DNA from: a virus
Taxonomy: Duplodnaviria > Caudoviricetes
Length of the DNA: 27,091 bases
Direction: 5' to 3' (one strand)
Virus record (IMG/VR): IMGVR_UViG_3300048591_000337
Span: 1-27,091 of that record
Of the stretch, positions 14,321 to 23,322 are shown one piece after another. Position numbers and translations under genes: made by a program. The stretch's first letter is position 1. Every line of letters begins with the position of its first letter. Under the pieces are notes generated by a model, which saw nothing but the letters and a program-made list of their open reading frames with translations, was not told the origin of the DNA and made no database searches.

Positions 14321-15178
14321 CTAGAGCCTCAGAAACGAAAATGAAATGGATGGGTAGATGTCAAACTCTAAGGTTGCCGGAGGACTACCAGCCGCTGCTT
14401 TTCCGCCGCTGCCGTTGAGGCTGCCAAGAATCACAGTCCGATTGTCGTCGTCTAGGTACGGCTTCCTCTGCCCTGTGGCAAGGTAGATCGTCCCAACATC
14501 AAGCCGCTTGTGAGTCCAGAGACGGTCGTTGTACTTCAAAGAATACTGAGTGAGTCGCCGCCGCGCCCCGTAGTAGAACCCTACGCGACTACTCAGGATT
14601 GTTAGCAGCAATGACTTCGCGGCCCGTCCTTTGAATGAAGCATTATTGACGGTTTCGTTACGATCGATGATTTGCTCATCGGTAACGGTTGCGGGCTCGA
14701 ACTGAAAGAACTCCCAGACTGGAATGAAACGGCCAATTGTCAGGCCGACCTGGAAAGGCTGCCCAGCCGAGTTAGCAATGGAGGTGCCACTCTGGTCTTT
14801 CGTAACAACCTCCTGAAGCCGTTCGAACTTGGTTTCGTAGATCGGCACCCAGACGGTTGGATCGGACTCCGGGTCTTGCGAGTCTTGGCCTTCTTCAACT
14901 TCACTGGAAAAGGTCGCGGTCACATCCCAGATCAGTGGATTGTCCGCCCGCCTAAATGCGTCCACGCCAATACAGACCGCCGCGCCAAAGGCTGATACCG
15001 TCTGGTTTGCCCGTGGCAGACCAGGCGTACCGTACAGCACCTCAATCCGCGTCGTGGATTTGTTATCGGTCTGGACAATGTAGCGGTAGGTCTCGTTCAG
15101 GACCGCCATGCCGTTTGAGTTGGAGACCGTAGCACTACCGTCCCGAGTCTGGCTGTTGTCAACGATCCATGATGCCAT
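14321..15178 (-). CDS. Putative distal tail protein (285 aa)
   Basis: Immediately follows the tape measure gene; function inferred from synteny only. Confidence 0.65.
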   Translation of the reverse strand: MASWIVDNSQTRDGSATVSNSNGMAVLNETYRYIVQTDNKSTTRIEVLYGTPGLPRANQTVSAFGAAVCIGVDAFRRADNPLIWDVTATFSSEVEEGQDSQDPESDPTVWVPIYETKFERLQEVVTKDQSGTSIANSAGQPFQVGLTIGRFIPVWEFFQFEPATVTDEQIIDRNETVNNASFKGRAAKSLLLTILSSRVGFYYGARRRLTQYSLKYNDRLWTHKRLDVGTIYLATGQRKPYLDDDNRTVILGSLNGSGGKAAAGSPPATLEFDIYPSISFSFLRL

Positions 15179-16794
15179 TACCGCGCCCTCGCCAAAACAG
15201 TCGGCTTTTCTGCAATCTTGCGAAGCAACGCGATTTGCTCTTCGCTTTGCTTGGCTTGCTCTTCCATCAGCTCCATTTGCCGCTTGGCTTCAGCAATCAA
15301 TTCGGCCTCGCCGGGTGTTGGGGCATCGGGCATTGTCTTATCTGCGAGTGCCGCATTGGCCTGGTCTGCCAGAAACTTTGCAGCCTCTGCGCTGCCAGCT
15401 TCCATGCCGCCGCCTGGCCCCTTGGCAATGTCGGCCTTCATTTGCTTGTGGCGTTTCTCGCGTTCATCGAACTCCTTTCGGGCAGCATCCAGGGCGGTCT
15501 TGGCCATCTGGTCGCGCTTTTGCGATTCTTGCTCGATTAGCTTGAGCCGCTCTTTTTCAGCTTGGTCCAGCTTGCTGTCGGTGTCCTTGGCATCTTCATC
15601 GAGAAGGTTTTTGCGTCTTTCATCAAGCTCTCGTTGCCTCTTTGCTGCTGCTTGATCTAGTTCGAATCGCTTGTCATAAAGTGCCTGAAGTGCTTTTTCG
15701 CCGCTGCTAAAATCCAGAGCCGCTTGAATGCCTTCTATAGCGCCGCCAAAATTTAGCGTTGCTGTGTTGTAAAGAACCCGATCGAAGGCTCTCGCTACCT
15801 CATAGAGATCCGTGAAAACACCAACGAGATAGACTGTGGTATCGACGACTGAACGAATCGTACCGTCAACTCCACTGAGTCCGTCCGCTGAATCCAGAAT
15901 CAAATCGGCAACTAAGTGCATGGCTGGAGCAAACTCAGCAGCTAATTTTGTTGAGATCCCATCTACAACTGTGAACACTCGGCCCCATGCGTCATTGTTG
16001 GCCTCAACGCCCATTGTTTGAGCAACAGTCAATGAGTTCCACTTTTCCTGGAAAGCCGCTGATTCTTCGATGACAGCCCTGCCAGCCGAAAGAGTATCTA
16101 CAAACTCAGTGCCAGACTTGCCGAAAATCTCCATTGAAATTGCCAGCCGATCTGCCTGGCTGTTTACCGACTGCATTGAATCGGCAATCATCTTGACGGA
16201 CTCTACCGGACCAGCCTGCATCAGCTGGCCAGCATCAAGGCCCAACTTCCGAAACGCATCCCTGGCTGTCGGATCGCCCTCCACTGCTTTGGAAATGTTG
16301 ATCAGCATTTTTTTGACGGAATTATCGACTGTCGCCGCGTCCATCCCGCCAATTTCGCCAGCTGCAAATCGCAGTTGCGATATTTCGTTGAAAGTCAAGC
16401 CGAGCTTTGCCCCAGCTTTTACAGTCTCGTCGATCTCAGCCTGTACGTCTCGTAGGTGATGAACGAATGCCACGCCACCAGCAATGGCCGCAGCGCCGGC
16501 TACTGCTACGGTTTTAAATGCTGTGGCATAAAGATTGACTGACGAACTTGCCAGCCCCAGCTTGCTTTTCTTGTCATCCAGCAGCCGGTTGTACGTCCCA
16601 AGGTCAATCGCCCCCTTTTTGTACGCATCGCTCAGTCGGTCTTGCTCACGAGCGTACTTTTCAGTGGGGCTCCGAGCACCTTCAATATCCTTGATAAGCG
16701 CCCGCGTTTCGCTGCGAGAGATTTTGGCGCCATCGATATAGCTCCTGGCGTCCATGCCAAAGCCGACCGAATAACTATTGATCGTGGTAGCCAT
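15178..16794 (-). CDS. Tail tape measure protein (538 aa)
   Basis: Ala/Gly-rich helical protein after the chaperone pair; AFRKLGL...EIFGKSG segment typical of TMPs. Confidence 0.85.
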   Translation of the reverse strand: MATTINSYSVGFGMDARSYIDGAKISRSETRALIKDIEGARSPTEKYAREQDRLSDAYKKGAIDLGTYNRLLDDKKSKLGLASSSVNLYATAFKTVAVAGAAAIAGGVAFVHHLRDVQAEIDETVKAGAKLGLTFNEISQLRFAAGEIGGMDAATVDNSVKKMLINISKAVEGDPTARDAFRKLGLDAGQLMQAGPVESVKMIADSMQSVNSQADRLAISMEIFGKSGTEFVDTLSAGRAVIEESAAFQEKWNSLTVAQTMGVEANNDAWGRVFTVVDGISTKLAAEFAPAMHLVADLILDSADGLSGVDGTIRSVVDTTVYLVGVFTDLYEVARAFDRVLYNTATLNFGGAIEGIQAALDFSSGEKALQALYDKRFELDQAAAKRQRELDERRKNLLDEDAKDTDSKLDQAEKERLKLIEQESQKRDQMAKTALDAARKEFDEREKRHKQMKADIAKGPGGGMEAGSAEAAKFLADQANAALADKTMPDAPTPGEAELIAEAKRQMELMEEQAKQSEEQIALLRKIAEKPTVLARAR

Positions 16795-17174
16795 TACTGA
16801 AACACCTTTTCCGCCATCTTCTGAGCCGCAGCAAACCGCTGTTTAAGCTCTTCCGCTGTCACCTTTTCATGGCTGGTTGCCTGCTTTTGCCCCACCCAGT
16901 TGCCAGGCATCATGCACCTGGCTATTGCATTGACGAACTTCTCGATATCCTCAATCTCGCCGCCATGCCTTCGACACAGGTAAAACAGCAGCCCAACTAT
17001 CTTGGCCAGCAACTCCGACTCAAGGCCGAAGGGCTCAAGCCGATAGTAGGCCAGCCAATTGTCAAACACTCTGGCAGGGCAATCTTCCAGCCACTGCTCT
17101 GGATCTTCTATTCCAAGCCGCAGACCCAACCTGTGAGCCAGTGTTAGCTCTGGGTTGAGTCTGAGCCTTTTGGG
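16794..17174 (-). CDS. Tail assembly chaperone, frameshifted C-terminal extension (gpT-like)
   Basis: The -1 frame is open from the slippery site into ORF 16794..17129; WLAYYRLEPFG motif. Confidence 0.8.
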   Translation of the reverse strand, partial: PKRLRLNPELTLAHRLGLRLGIEDPEQWLEDCPARVFDNWLAYYRLEPFGLESELLAKIVGLLFYLCRRHGGEIEDIEKFVNAIARCMMPGNWVGQKQATSHEKVTAEELKQRFAAAQKMAEKVFQ

Positions 17175-17497
17175 TCGCGGCGCACCCGCTGTATGTCGTC
17201 CTCATCGAAGCCAAGCAAACTGATCACCGAGGCCAGCAGCGGGCTGGTAATGTGGCTGCCAACTTTGCTCCACTGCTCTTTCGTCAGCGTCGAGCCATCT
17301 TCCTTCATCGTGACGCACTCAGTCAGCAGCGTCTGGTCGAACAGGTCGCCGTTAAGTGATCCGTCTTTTTTGCGACAACTGGCCAGCAAAGCCGCTTTGT
17401 CCCCAAGTGACTTGCCAGTGACAACGAACACATTGCCAAGCACCGTTACCTCTTCGCTGGCAACTGGGATCTTGAGTAGCTCTTCTGCTAGGCTCAT
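17144..17497 (-). CDS. Tail assembly chaperone (gpG-like)
   Basis: Position between tail tube and TMP; slippery site at its 3' end. Confidence 0.82.
   Translation of the reverse strand: MSLAEELLKIPVASEEVTVLGNVFVVTGKSLGDKAALLASCRKKDGSLNGDLFDQTLLTECVTMKEDGSTLTKEQWSKVGSHITSPLLASVISLLGFDEDDIQRVRRDPKGSDSTQS
17168..17174 (-). other. Programmed -1 ribosomal frameshift site C CCA AAA
   Basis: X XXY YYZ heptamer in the correct phase, 7 codons before the chaperone stop. Confidence 0.85.
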
Positions 17498-17805
17498 TCG
17501 TCGTCATCCTCCGCGCCGGCAGCTGCATTGACAATCTCGACCAGCTCGGACAAACCAGGCGGCGCGATGCCAGCAGCAACAGGCTTGCCCAGATGCTTTG
17601 AGCATGCCGCCGCGACGGGCTCGCAAAGCTCCTGTGGGAAGCCAGCCAGTGGCAGGAATGTAGTGTCGCCAACGTAGCCACACTGAACAAACTCGCCGAT
17701 TTCCTGGTTTTTCAGCAGCACGATATGCTGATTGAGCGACTTCTCAACAACTCCCCAAGGTGTTTTTTTGGGAACAGTGTGAGGTCGCAATTGCACTTCT
17801 ACCAT
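17494..17805 (-). CDS. Hypothetical protein (103 aa) between tail tube and chaperone
   Basis: AAGGA RBS; ATGA coupling to the chaperone. Confidence 0.7.
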   Translation of the reverse strand: MVEVQLRPHTVPKKTPWGVVEKSLNQHIVLLKNQEIGEFVQCGYVGDTTFLPLAGFPQELCEPVAAACSKHLGKPVAAGIAPPGLSELVEIVNAAAGAEDDDE

Positions 17806-17855
17806 TGCCTGATTCCTTAACTAGATGACTGATGAACGAAAAGTGAAACCGTTTG

Positions 17856-18281
17856 CTAGGATGTGGTGGCCTTCGTGTAGGTCGGGCCGGTGTCGCCGTT
17901 GTACTGGAACTCGCACTCACCGAACAAAACTTCTCCGAGCTTGCCATCTGGCAGCTTGAGGTCAGTAAAGACCGCAGTGCCAGCCAGATTGGCCGCTGCT
18001 ACGTTGCCAGCCTGCAATGCGTAGGTAATGGTCATGGTCTCGGGTGCCGCGCCGACTACAGGCATGGTTGCAGAAGTCACAAAGACAAACTTCAGCTTGC
18101 ACTTGCCAATCTTTTTCAAGTCGCTGGCAATCAACTCCTGAAAATCGGTCGTAGCCAACGTGCTTACGTCGAGCATGTCCAGCGTAATAGAGCCGACAGT
18201 GATCTCCGTCACGGCCAGCGAAAGCGATGAAGTCCCAAAGGTTGCTGTCATCCCTTGGCCGGTATCTCCGATGTTTGGCAT
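17856..18281 (-). CDS. Major tail tube protein
   Basis: Thr/Gly-rich beta protein after the terminator; LDVSTL...ELIASDLKKIG pattern. Confidence 0.78.
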   Translation of the reverse strand: MPNIGDTGQGMTATFGTSSLSLAVTEITVGSITLDMLDVSTLATTDFQELIASDLKKIGKCKLKFVFVTSATMPVVGAAPETMTITYALQAGNVAAANLAGTAVFTDLKLPDGKLGEVLFGECEFQYNGDTGPTYTKATTS

Positions 18282-18284
18282 TTT

Positions 18285-18722
18285 TTACCCTTCCAAATAG
18301 AAAACCATCAAATCAAACTCGGCGATATACCGCCAGCCTTGGCCGCCATCAGTAGGCGATTCGGCAAAGCAGCTTAGCCCTTCTTCGATCACTACGCCGC
18401 GAAAGTCTACGCCACCGCTTAGCCCCTTGAGTGTCGCTATTCCGCAGTTCTTGATTGCCCTTGCCAGTCCGGTCGCAGCCGCATGCGTGTTCGCGTAGGC
18501 TGTAATCCGCGTCCTCGATTGCACTATCCCGGCCCTGTCGGCCAGCGTCTGCGTCTCGGTGCTGGTTATGATTTCGTAGGTGGCAGCTGGTCCGCTTGCG
18601 AGGTCGCAGTCTTGGGGCAGCACGATGGCAAACAGCCTTGCATTTGCTCCCGATCCGATCAAGCTTGTTACGGCTGTCTTGGAAAGTATGTAGCTGCACA
18701 GTGCTGTCTCCATTACTGCCAT
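18285..18722 (-). CDS. Tail terminator/completion protein (DUF3168-like)
   Basis: VTSLIG...RLF...LPQ...PAATYE...RITAYA motifs and synteny. Confidence 0.8.
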   Translation of the reverse strand: MAVMETALCSYILSKTAVTSLIGSGANARLFAIVLPQDCDLASGPAATYEIITSTETQTLADRAGIVQSRTRITAYANTHAAATGLARAIKNCGIATLKGLSGGVDFRGVVIEEGLSCFAESPTDGGQGWRYIAEFDLMVFYLEG

Positions 18723-18723
18723 G

Positions 18724-19221
18724 TCACGATCTCATGTTTGCGTCAATGTCCGCTTTGAGGCTGGTTTTAACTGCTGACAATTGCTCGCTCTTGGTTTCGT
18801 CAAATGCTTTTACGATCCAGGTTTCATCGGCCTTATACTGCGCCACCGCCGTTCGGCTTCCCCACAAAACATGCCGCCTTGGCTTTTCCTGCATGAAGTG
18901 AGCCATGTTGCCTTCTGGATTCTTTGGTCCAACTACTGCCCAGGTTCCTGTGTCGTATTTCAAAATTCGGTGTCTGATTTGCTCTCTCAGTTTTTTTGGC
19001 CAGCCTGCCCGAGACTTTTTGCTTTGCTTTTTCCTCGAGTCTCCCTTTGGGTTTTTCTTGCTGTCAGGTGCTAGTTGCTTGGCTCGTTTTGCCACAATCT
19101 TTGCCGCCGCCGTGACAGCTCGATCCATCGGACCACCGCTGAGCACCACGAGCTTTGGCAGCCTGTCCAGTAAGTCCATGACCTCCTTTTCGCCTGTTAT
19201 GTCGATCTTGATTTCAACCAA
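18724..19221 (-). CDS. HK97 gp10-like tail component (start approximate)
   Basis: ITGEKEVMDLLDRL...AKQLAP...AHFMQ...KAFDE pattern and synteny. Confidence 0.75.
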   Translation of the reverse strand: MVEIKIDITGEKEVMDLLDRLPKLVVLSGGPMDRAVTAAAKIVAKRAKQLAPDSKKNPKGDSRKKQSKKSRAGWPKKLREQIRHRILKYDTGTWAVVGPKNPEGNMAHFMQEKPRRHVLWGSRTAVAQYKADETWIVKAFDETKSEQLSAVKTSLKADIDANMRS

Positions 19222-19567
19222 CGGGAGCAGCCTTGCAGTACAAGTGAATAAATCGCTCAATACCACTAGGGATTTCGACTCTCACGATTCCGTACGTTTG
19301 GCCGTTAAACAAAATTCGGTCTTGAACTGAATAACCAGGCTTCGCGTTCACCTTAAAAACTGCAGTCACGCCAGCTTCAATTTGCTTGCCGCGAATTACT
19401 TCTCCGCCCGTAACCTCTTCGAAAGTTGCTGGTTCGCTAGTAAGTCGATTCACGTAGGAGACGATCTTTTGCCTGGACGCATCGATAGTCTGAACGGCAG
19501 TCTGGACCGTGATGCGATGGCGCATGTCGCTAATTTTTTGGCGATACATTGAGCCAATGCCAGCCAT
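19214..19567 (-). CDS. Head closure / head-tail adaptor (SPP1 gp16-like)
   Basis: MRHRITVQ...GGE...DRILFNGQTYGI...LYC. Confidence 0.85.
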   Translation of the reverse strand: MAGIGSMYRQKISDMRHRITVQTAVQTIDASRQKIVSYVNRLTSEPATFEEVTGGEVIRGKQIEAGVTAVFKVNAKPGYSVQDRILFNGQTYGIVRVEIPSGIERFIHLYCKAAPVG

Positions 19568-20178
19568 TACCCTTTAACTCCAAAGTAGTCGTACTGAGCG
19601 CCGCATTTGAGTGAATCCATGGCCCATTTGATATGACTTGGGATTTGCTGATTGGTGTCGCCACGATTCATAAAACGAAACGCCACAAGTTCAAAAATTA
19701 CATTTTGATATTCCACTGGAACACTGGCCGCCGATGATCCGAATCCAGCAACGTAAGTGATCGAAACAGCCTCTGAGGTTTCTGGCCTGAGGACAGGCCA
19801 CGACTCACCAAAGGCTGGTTCAATAAATGCTGGATGCGAGTCATCAGCGACCTGGTAAGCCGAGCTACTCAACGTTTGAGTATTTCCATTGGCGTCCACG
19901 TAAACGATTGAAGTAATCGACTGCAGTGGCGGCCTTGGCAAATAAACTTTGGTTCGATTTACCGGCGAGTAACCAGGAAACTCACGCAATGTCAGCTTCC
20001 AGGTTTGCGTTATGAGAGCCCTTCGCGTATGTCGCTCCACTTCGCCGGTGGCCACCTTGATAAGCCTTATCAGGTGGTCATCATGCGTAGTGTCCGTGTC
20101 TCCAATTTCAACTTGCTTCTTTGCATCAACAAGTGAAACAGCGAGGCTGGCTGGATCAACCGTTCGCTTCAGGCCCAT
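19567..20178 (-). CDS. Head-tail connector (gp6-like)
   Basis: VSLVDAKKQV...RALITQTW...LPRPPLQSITSI...YVAGFG. Confidence 0.88.
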   Translation of the reverse strand: MGLKRTVDPASLAVSLVDAKKQVEIGDTDTTHDDHLIRLIKVATGEVERHTRRALITQTWKLTLREFPGYSPVNRTKVYLPRPPLQSITSIVYVDANGNTQTLSSSAYQVADDSHPAFIEPAFGESWPVLRPETSEAVSITYVAGFGSSAASVPVEYQNVIFELVAFRFMNRGDTNQQIPSHIKWAMDSLKCGAQYDYFGVKG

Positions 20179-20371
20179 CGTTCACCTTTGCTTTAGCTCT
20201 GGTTTTTTTCGATGCTTGCTGATCAATCACTGGTTGCGGACTAGCTGGCTTGATGATTTTCACGGCCCCAGCAGCTAGCATGCTTTCTACCAGACTGTCT
20301 GGTAGATCGATGCTTTCGCCTGGTCCGAAGCAAACTTCGCCAGCAGCCCGCTTTAGTGTGTAGACGAGCAT
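20156..20371 (-). CDS. Small hypothetical head-region protein (71 aa)
   Basis: Fills the gap between the decoration and connector genes. Confidence 0.6.
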   Translation of the reverse strand: MLVYTLKRAAGEVCFGPGESIDLPDSLVESMLAAGAVKIIKPASPQPVIDQQASKKTRAKAKVNDGPEANG

Positions 20372-20383
20372 GAAAGGAAAACC

Positions 20384-20815
20384 TTATGCAGTACCAGCCA
20401 CAGGTGAAATGTGAGTCTCGCCGCTGACGGTCGCGCCATCAGTTGCTTCCAGTGTTCGCAATCCCGTACAGATGTAGGTGATTGCTCCCACGGTCGCATT
20501 CTGAGTGGCCCTGCTGACGACGACGCGACCATACCGCTTGTTAGGCTTGATGATTCGCAACACTTTGGTTGTGTCGTCCTCAGTGTCTGCCACGGTGATG
20601 TTAGTGCCAGCAACATCGGTGGTTGGGCTCGTTGTGTCGCCTTCCTGGAACTTGATGCTTGTGACAGCACCTGAGACGATCGCACCAAACGGCACGATAA
20701 TCAGAAGTTCCTCAACGCCAGAAAGGTCAACAGTGGCACCATTGACTGCTGATGTTCCAGCAGCGCCAGCCGTTACTGTGGTTGCCTGGATGACGCGGAT
20801 ATCTTTGACTTTCAT
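20384..20815 (-). CDS. Probable capsid decoration protein
   Basis: Directly after the MCP; NGATVDLSG...KFQEGD...KRYGRV pattern; GGAG RBS. Confidence 0.7.
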   Translation of the reverse strand: MKVKDIRVIQATTVTAGAAGTSAVNGATVDLSGVEELLIIVPFGAIVSGAVTSIKFQEGDTTSPTTDVAGTNITVADTEDDTTKVLRIIKPNKRYGRVVVSRATQNATVGAITYICTGLRTLEATDGATVSGETHISPVAGTA

Positions 20816-20873
20816 TTGACTTACTCCGAAAGACTTTTGGATTACAAAAAACTATTGCTCTAAGTGGCTGCGA

Positions 20874-22193
20874 TTAAGAGGTAGCGCACTTCAAGCGGAC
20901 AAACGCCTCTTCCAGAGTTGGCATTCCGTCAGTCTTCAGCCGCCCGATGTAACCGATCTGGTTGGTGTCGGCGTACTTCTCGAACAGCACTTGGATTTCC
21001 ATGTCCAAAGCATCGGCGATTTCGTAGTAGTTCCAGTTGGCCAGCAACCCGCAGTACAGGCCGCTGGTGTAGGTGTTTGGAACTCGCTCTGATTCGTCGA
21101 TTGGGTAGCCAAGCAACATATCGGGTTGCCCCATCTGCAGGCCTGGCTGCCACAGGTACTGGTTATCCTGCAGCTTCAGCTTGCTGATGATCTTGACGGC
21201 ATCGCGATGGAACAGCCACCGAACCGCGCCCAAAAGACCAGTTCGATACTGGGCCTTCAAAGCGTACTTGGCATCAACCAGGCCATCAGCCGTGATGCTA
21301 GTGGCTGATCCGGTCGCAACATCCCGAGCGGTGCTGATGCCGTCAGCCGATGCAGTAAAGACCCCAAGAGGCTGCTGAGCGCCGTGGCCTGTCAGGTAGC
21401 CATCTTCCATGGCTTCGCCCGCGTCCCTGGACATTTCAGACTGAACCTCGGTGACGATCCCCTGCATCGTTCGTCGGACAAGATCCCGCGAAAGCCGGAT
21501 CATGCCGGTCAAGTGATGAGGGGTCAAAACCTTTTTGCCGTACTTGAGAGCCGTGTCTTCGGATGACACGGTAAGCTCGCTGGACCAGCCAAAGGTGTTC
21601 ATCCTCGCGGTTCGCTTGCGAATCCCAAGGCTGCCAGCTTCGGCAACCGTATGAATCTTGGCGTACCGCCGAATGAAAAGCAGGTCATCAACCTCTTTCA
21701 GAAGCCCAGCTGCAAACTGCTCAGAAGCCAGCAAATAGCCAGCCTGCTCAGGGCTGTCGGACTGCAAGGCGGCCAGCTGGTTTGGCAGCAAGCTGTCTTT
21801 GCCTCGATGCAAAGCATGAGTAAAAGCCTGTTCGTAGTCTGCGGAGCCACGTGCGCCACAGTCCACAAACTTGTATTGCGGCTTACCGTCTCGGCTAAAT
21901 GACCGAATAGCCACTTGCCGCTTTTCGTCCTGAGTTCGGCTGGGATTGACGCTTGGATCGTCAGGCGTGATGCGTGCGCTTCTTTGACGGGCCTCGATAT
22001 TCTCGATTGCCTTACGACGCTCTAAGGCGGCGGTGATATCCGAGGTGTCGGAAATCATCGCGTTGTACTTTTCGTCGCACTCCTTGGACCAGTTGGATTC
22101 ATTGGCCTCAAGGTAGGATCGTGCTTCAGTGACCAACTTTGCCCGAGCTTCCAAAAGCTCCTTGTTGGTCTTTCCCTTTGGATCGAATGCCAT
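20874..22193 (-). CDS. Major capsid protein, HK97 fold
   Basis: Coiled-coil N-terminal delta domain; AGYLL, LTGHGAQQPLG, YLWQPGLQMGQPDMLLGYP, GYIGRLKTDG motifs. Confidence 0.95.
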   Translation of the reverse strand: MAFDPKGKTNKELLEARAKLVTEARSYLEANESNWSKECDEKYNAMISDTSDITAALERRKAIENIEARQRSARITPDDPSVNPSRTQDEKRQVAIRSFSRDGKPQYKFVDCGARGSADYEQAFTHALHRGKDSLLPNQLAALQSDSPEQAGYLLASEQFAAGLLKEVDDLLFIRRYAKIHTVAEAGSLGIRKRTARMNTFGWSSELTVSSEDTALKYGKKVLTPHHLTGMIRLSRDLVRRTMQGIVTEVQSEMSRDAGEAMEDGYLTGHGAQQPLGVFTASADGISTARDVATGSATSITADGLVDAKYALKAQYRTGLLGAVRWLFHRDAVKIISKLKLQDNQYLWQPGLQMGQPDMLLGYPIDESERVPNTYTSGLYCGLLANWNYYEIADALDMEIQVLFEKYADTNQIGYIGRLKTDGMPTLEEAFVRLKCATS

Positions 22194-22229
22194 TTGTGTT
22201 GTCCCTTCATTTTGACTGTCGGGACCAAC

Positions 22230-22287
22230 AAAAAAGGGCGCTGGCCACCGACGACTGTAAAAAACAATCGTTGGAAGACAACGCCCT
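22230..22287 (-). terminator. Long hairpin with U tract in the capsid gene leader
   Basis: AGGGCGTT...CCAACGATTGT-loop-ACAGTCGTCGG...AGCGCCCT followed by TTTTT. Confidence 0.5.
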
Positions 22288-22400
22288 TGATTTACTCAGG
22301 CACTTCTTACCTCAACTCCCATTGAGCCGCCATCTAGTTGGCTCGCCAGAAATCGCGTTTTTAGTTGTAGTTGCGGGTATCTCTCCCGCGTTCGCCTTAA

Positions 22401-22430
22401 ATCATAAACATAAGTGAGTGTAAAAGTCAA
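22401..22430 (-). promoter_or_regulatory. Putative sigma70-like promoter upstream of the capsid gene
   Basis: TTGACT-18 bp-TATGAT in an AT-rich intergenic region. Confidence 0.45.
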
Positions 22431-22455
22431 GTGTTGATGATTTTTTAACCATCAA

Positions 22456-23322
22456 CTACGCTCCCAGTTGAGCCCTTGCCAGAGCCGCCCTAGCTCCTGC
22501 CGGTGCTTTTCTGGTCATCATTCGATTGATAGTCTGGTCCAGCGTGCCAATGCGGTCAGCAAGCCCAGCTTCGACCGCCTCTTCGGCCCGCATCATCTCG
22601 CCACCACCAAACTTGCTTTCAACCTGGTCAATTCTGACTCCACGATTTGTAGCCATGGCCCGCTTGAATTTCTCATAGCTTCCGGCAATGCGGTCCTGCA
22701 CGAACGCCCGCATTTCATCAGTCATTGGCTCAAACCCGCTGAATCGTGCTTTCTTTTCTGGAGTTCGCATGATCTCCACCTTGACTCCAAGCTTTTCCAG
22801 CCAGCCAGACTCATCGGCGTACATCGAAATCACGCCGATCGAACCCACTTCACCGCTGGGAGTTACAACCAGCTCGCCGGCCGCAGCTCCGATCCACAGG
22901 GCCGCCGATGCCATCATGCCATTGGCAATCGCGGATATCTGGGTATTGCCATTGTCCCGAACCCTGCGAACTGCATCAGCAGCTTCCTGGGTGCCTGTTA
23001 CCGTTCCGCCTGGACTGGTAACGTTCAGCAAGATTTTGGATACATTGGGGTTGGCATCCAATGTTGCAACCAGCCTGGCCAGTCCGTCCAGGGAAGTTCC
23101 CCCGTAGTCTCCTGATGGAGACAGCACACCCCAAACTGGCACGACTGCCAGCATGTTACTGGTCGTTGCAGCCCCAACAGCCGATTGCTCGTTTCCGTTT
23201 TCGTCAAGAAACATCAGCTCTTTAGGGGACTCAAGCAACTTGCCTGGTTCGCGTTGCCTTGCAATTAGCGTCGATACATACTCTGGCAGAATGGCCATCG
23301 GTTCCATTGGATCAAATCGCAT
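22456..23322 (-). CDS. S49 (SppA-like) prohead maturation protease
   Basis: TSPGGTV, MASAALWIG and VGSIGV motifs; lies between portal and capsid. Confidence 0.92.
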   Translation of the reverse strand: MRFDPMEPMAILPEYVSTLIARQREPGKLLESPKELMFLDENGNEQSAVGAATTSNMLAVVPVWGVLSPSGDYGGTSLDGLARLVATLDANPNVSKILLNVTSPGGTVTGTQEAADAVRRVRDNGNTQISAIANGMMASAALWIGAAAGELVVTPSGEVGSIGVISMYADESGWLEKLGVKVEIMRTPEKKARFSGFEPMTDEMRAFVQDRIAGSYEKFKRAMATNRGVRIDQVESKFGGGEMMRAEEAVEAGLADRIGTLDQTINRMMTRKAPAGARAALARAQLGA

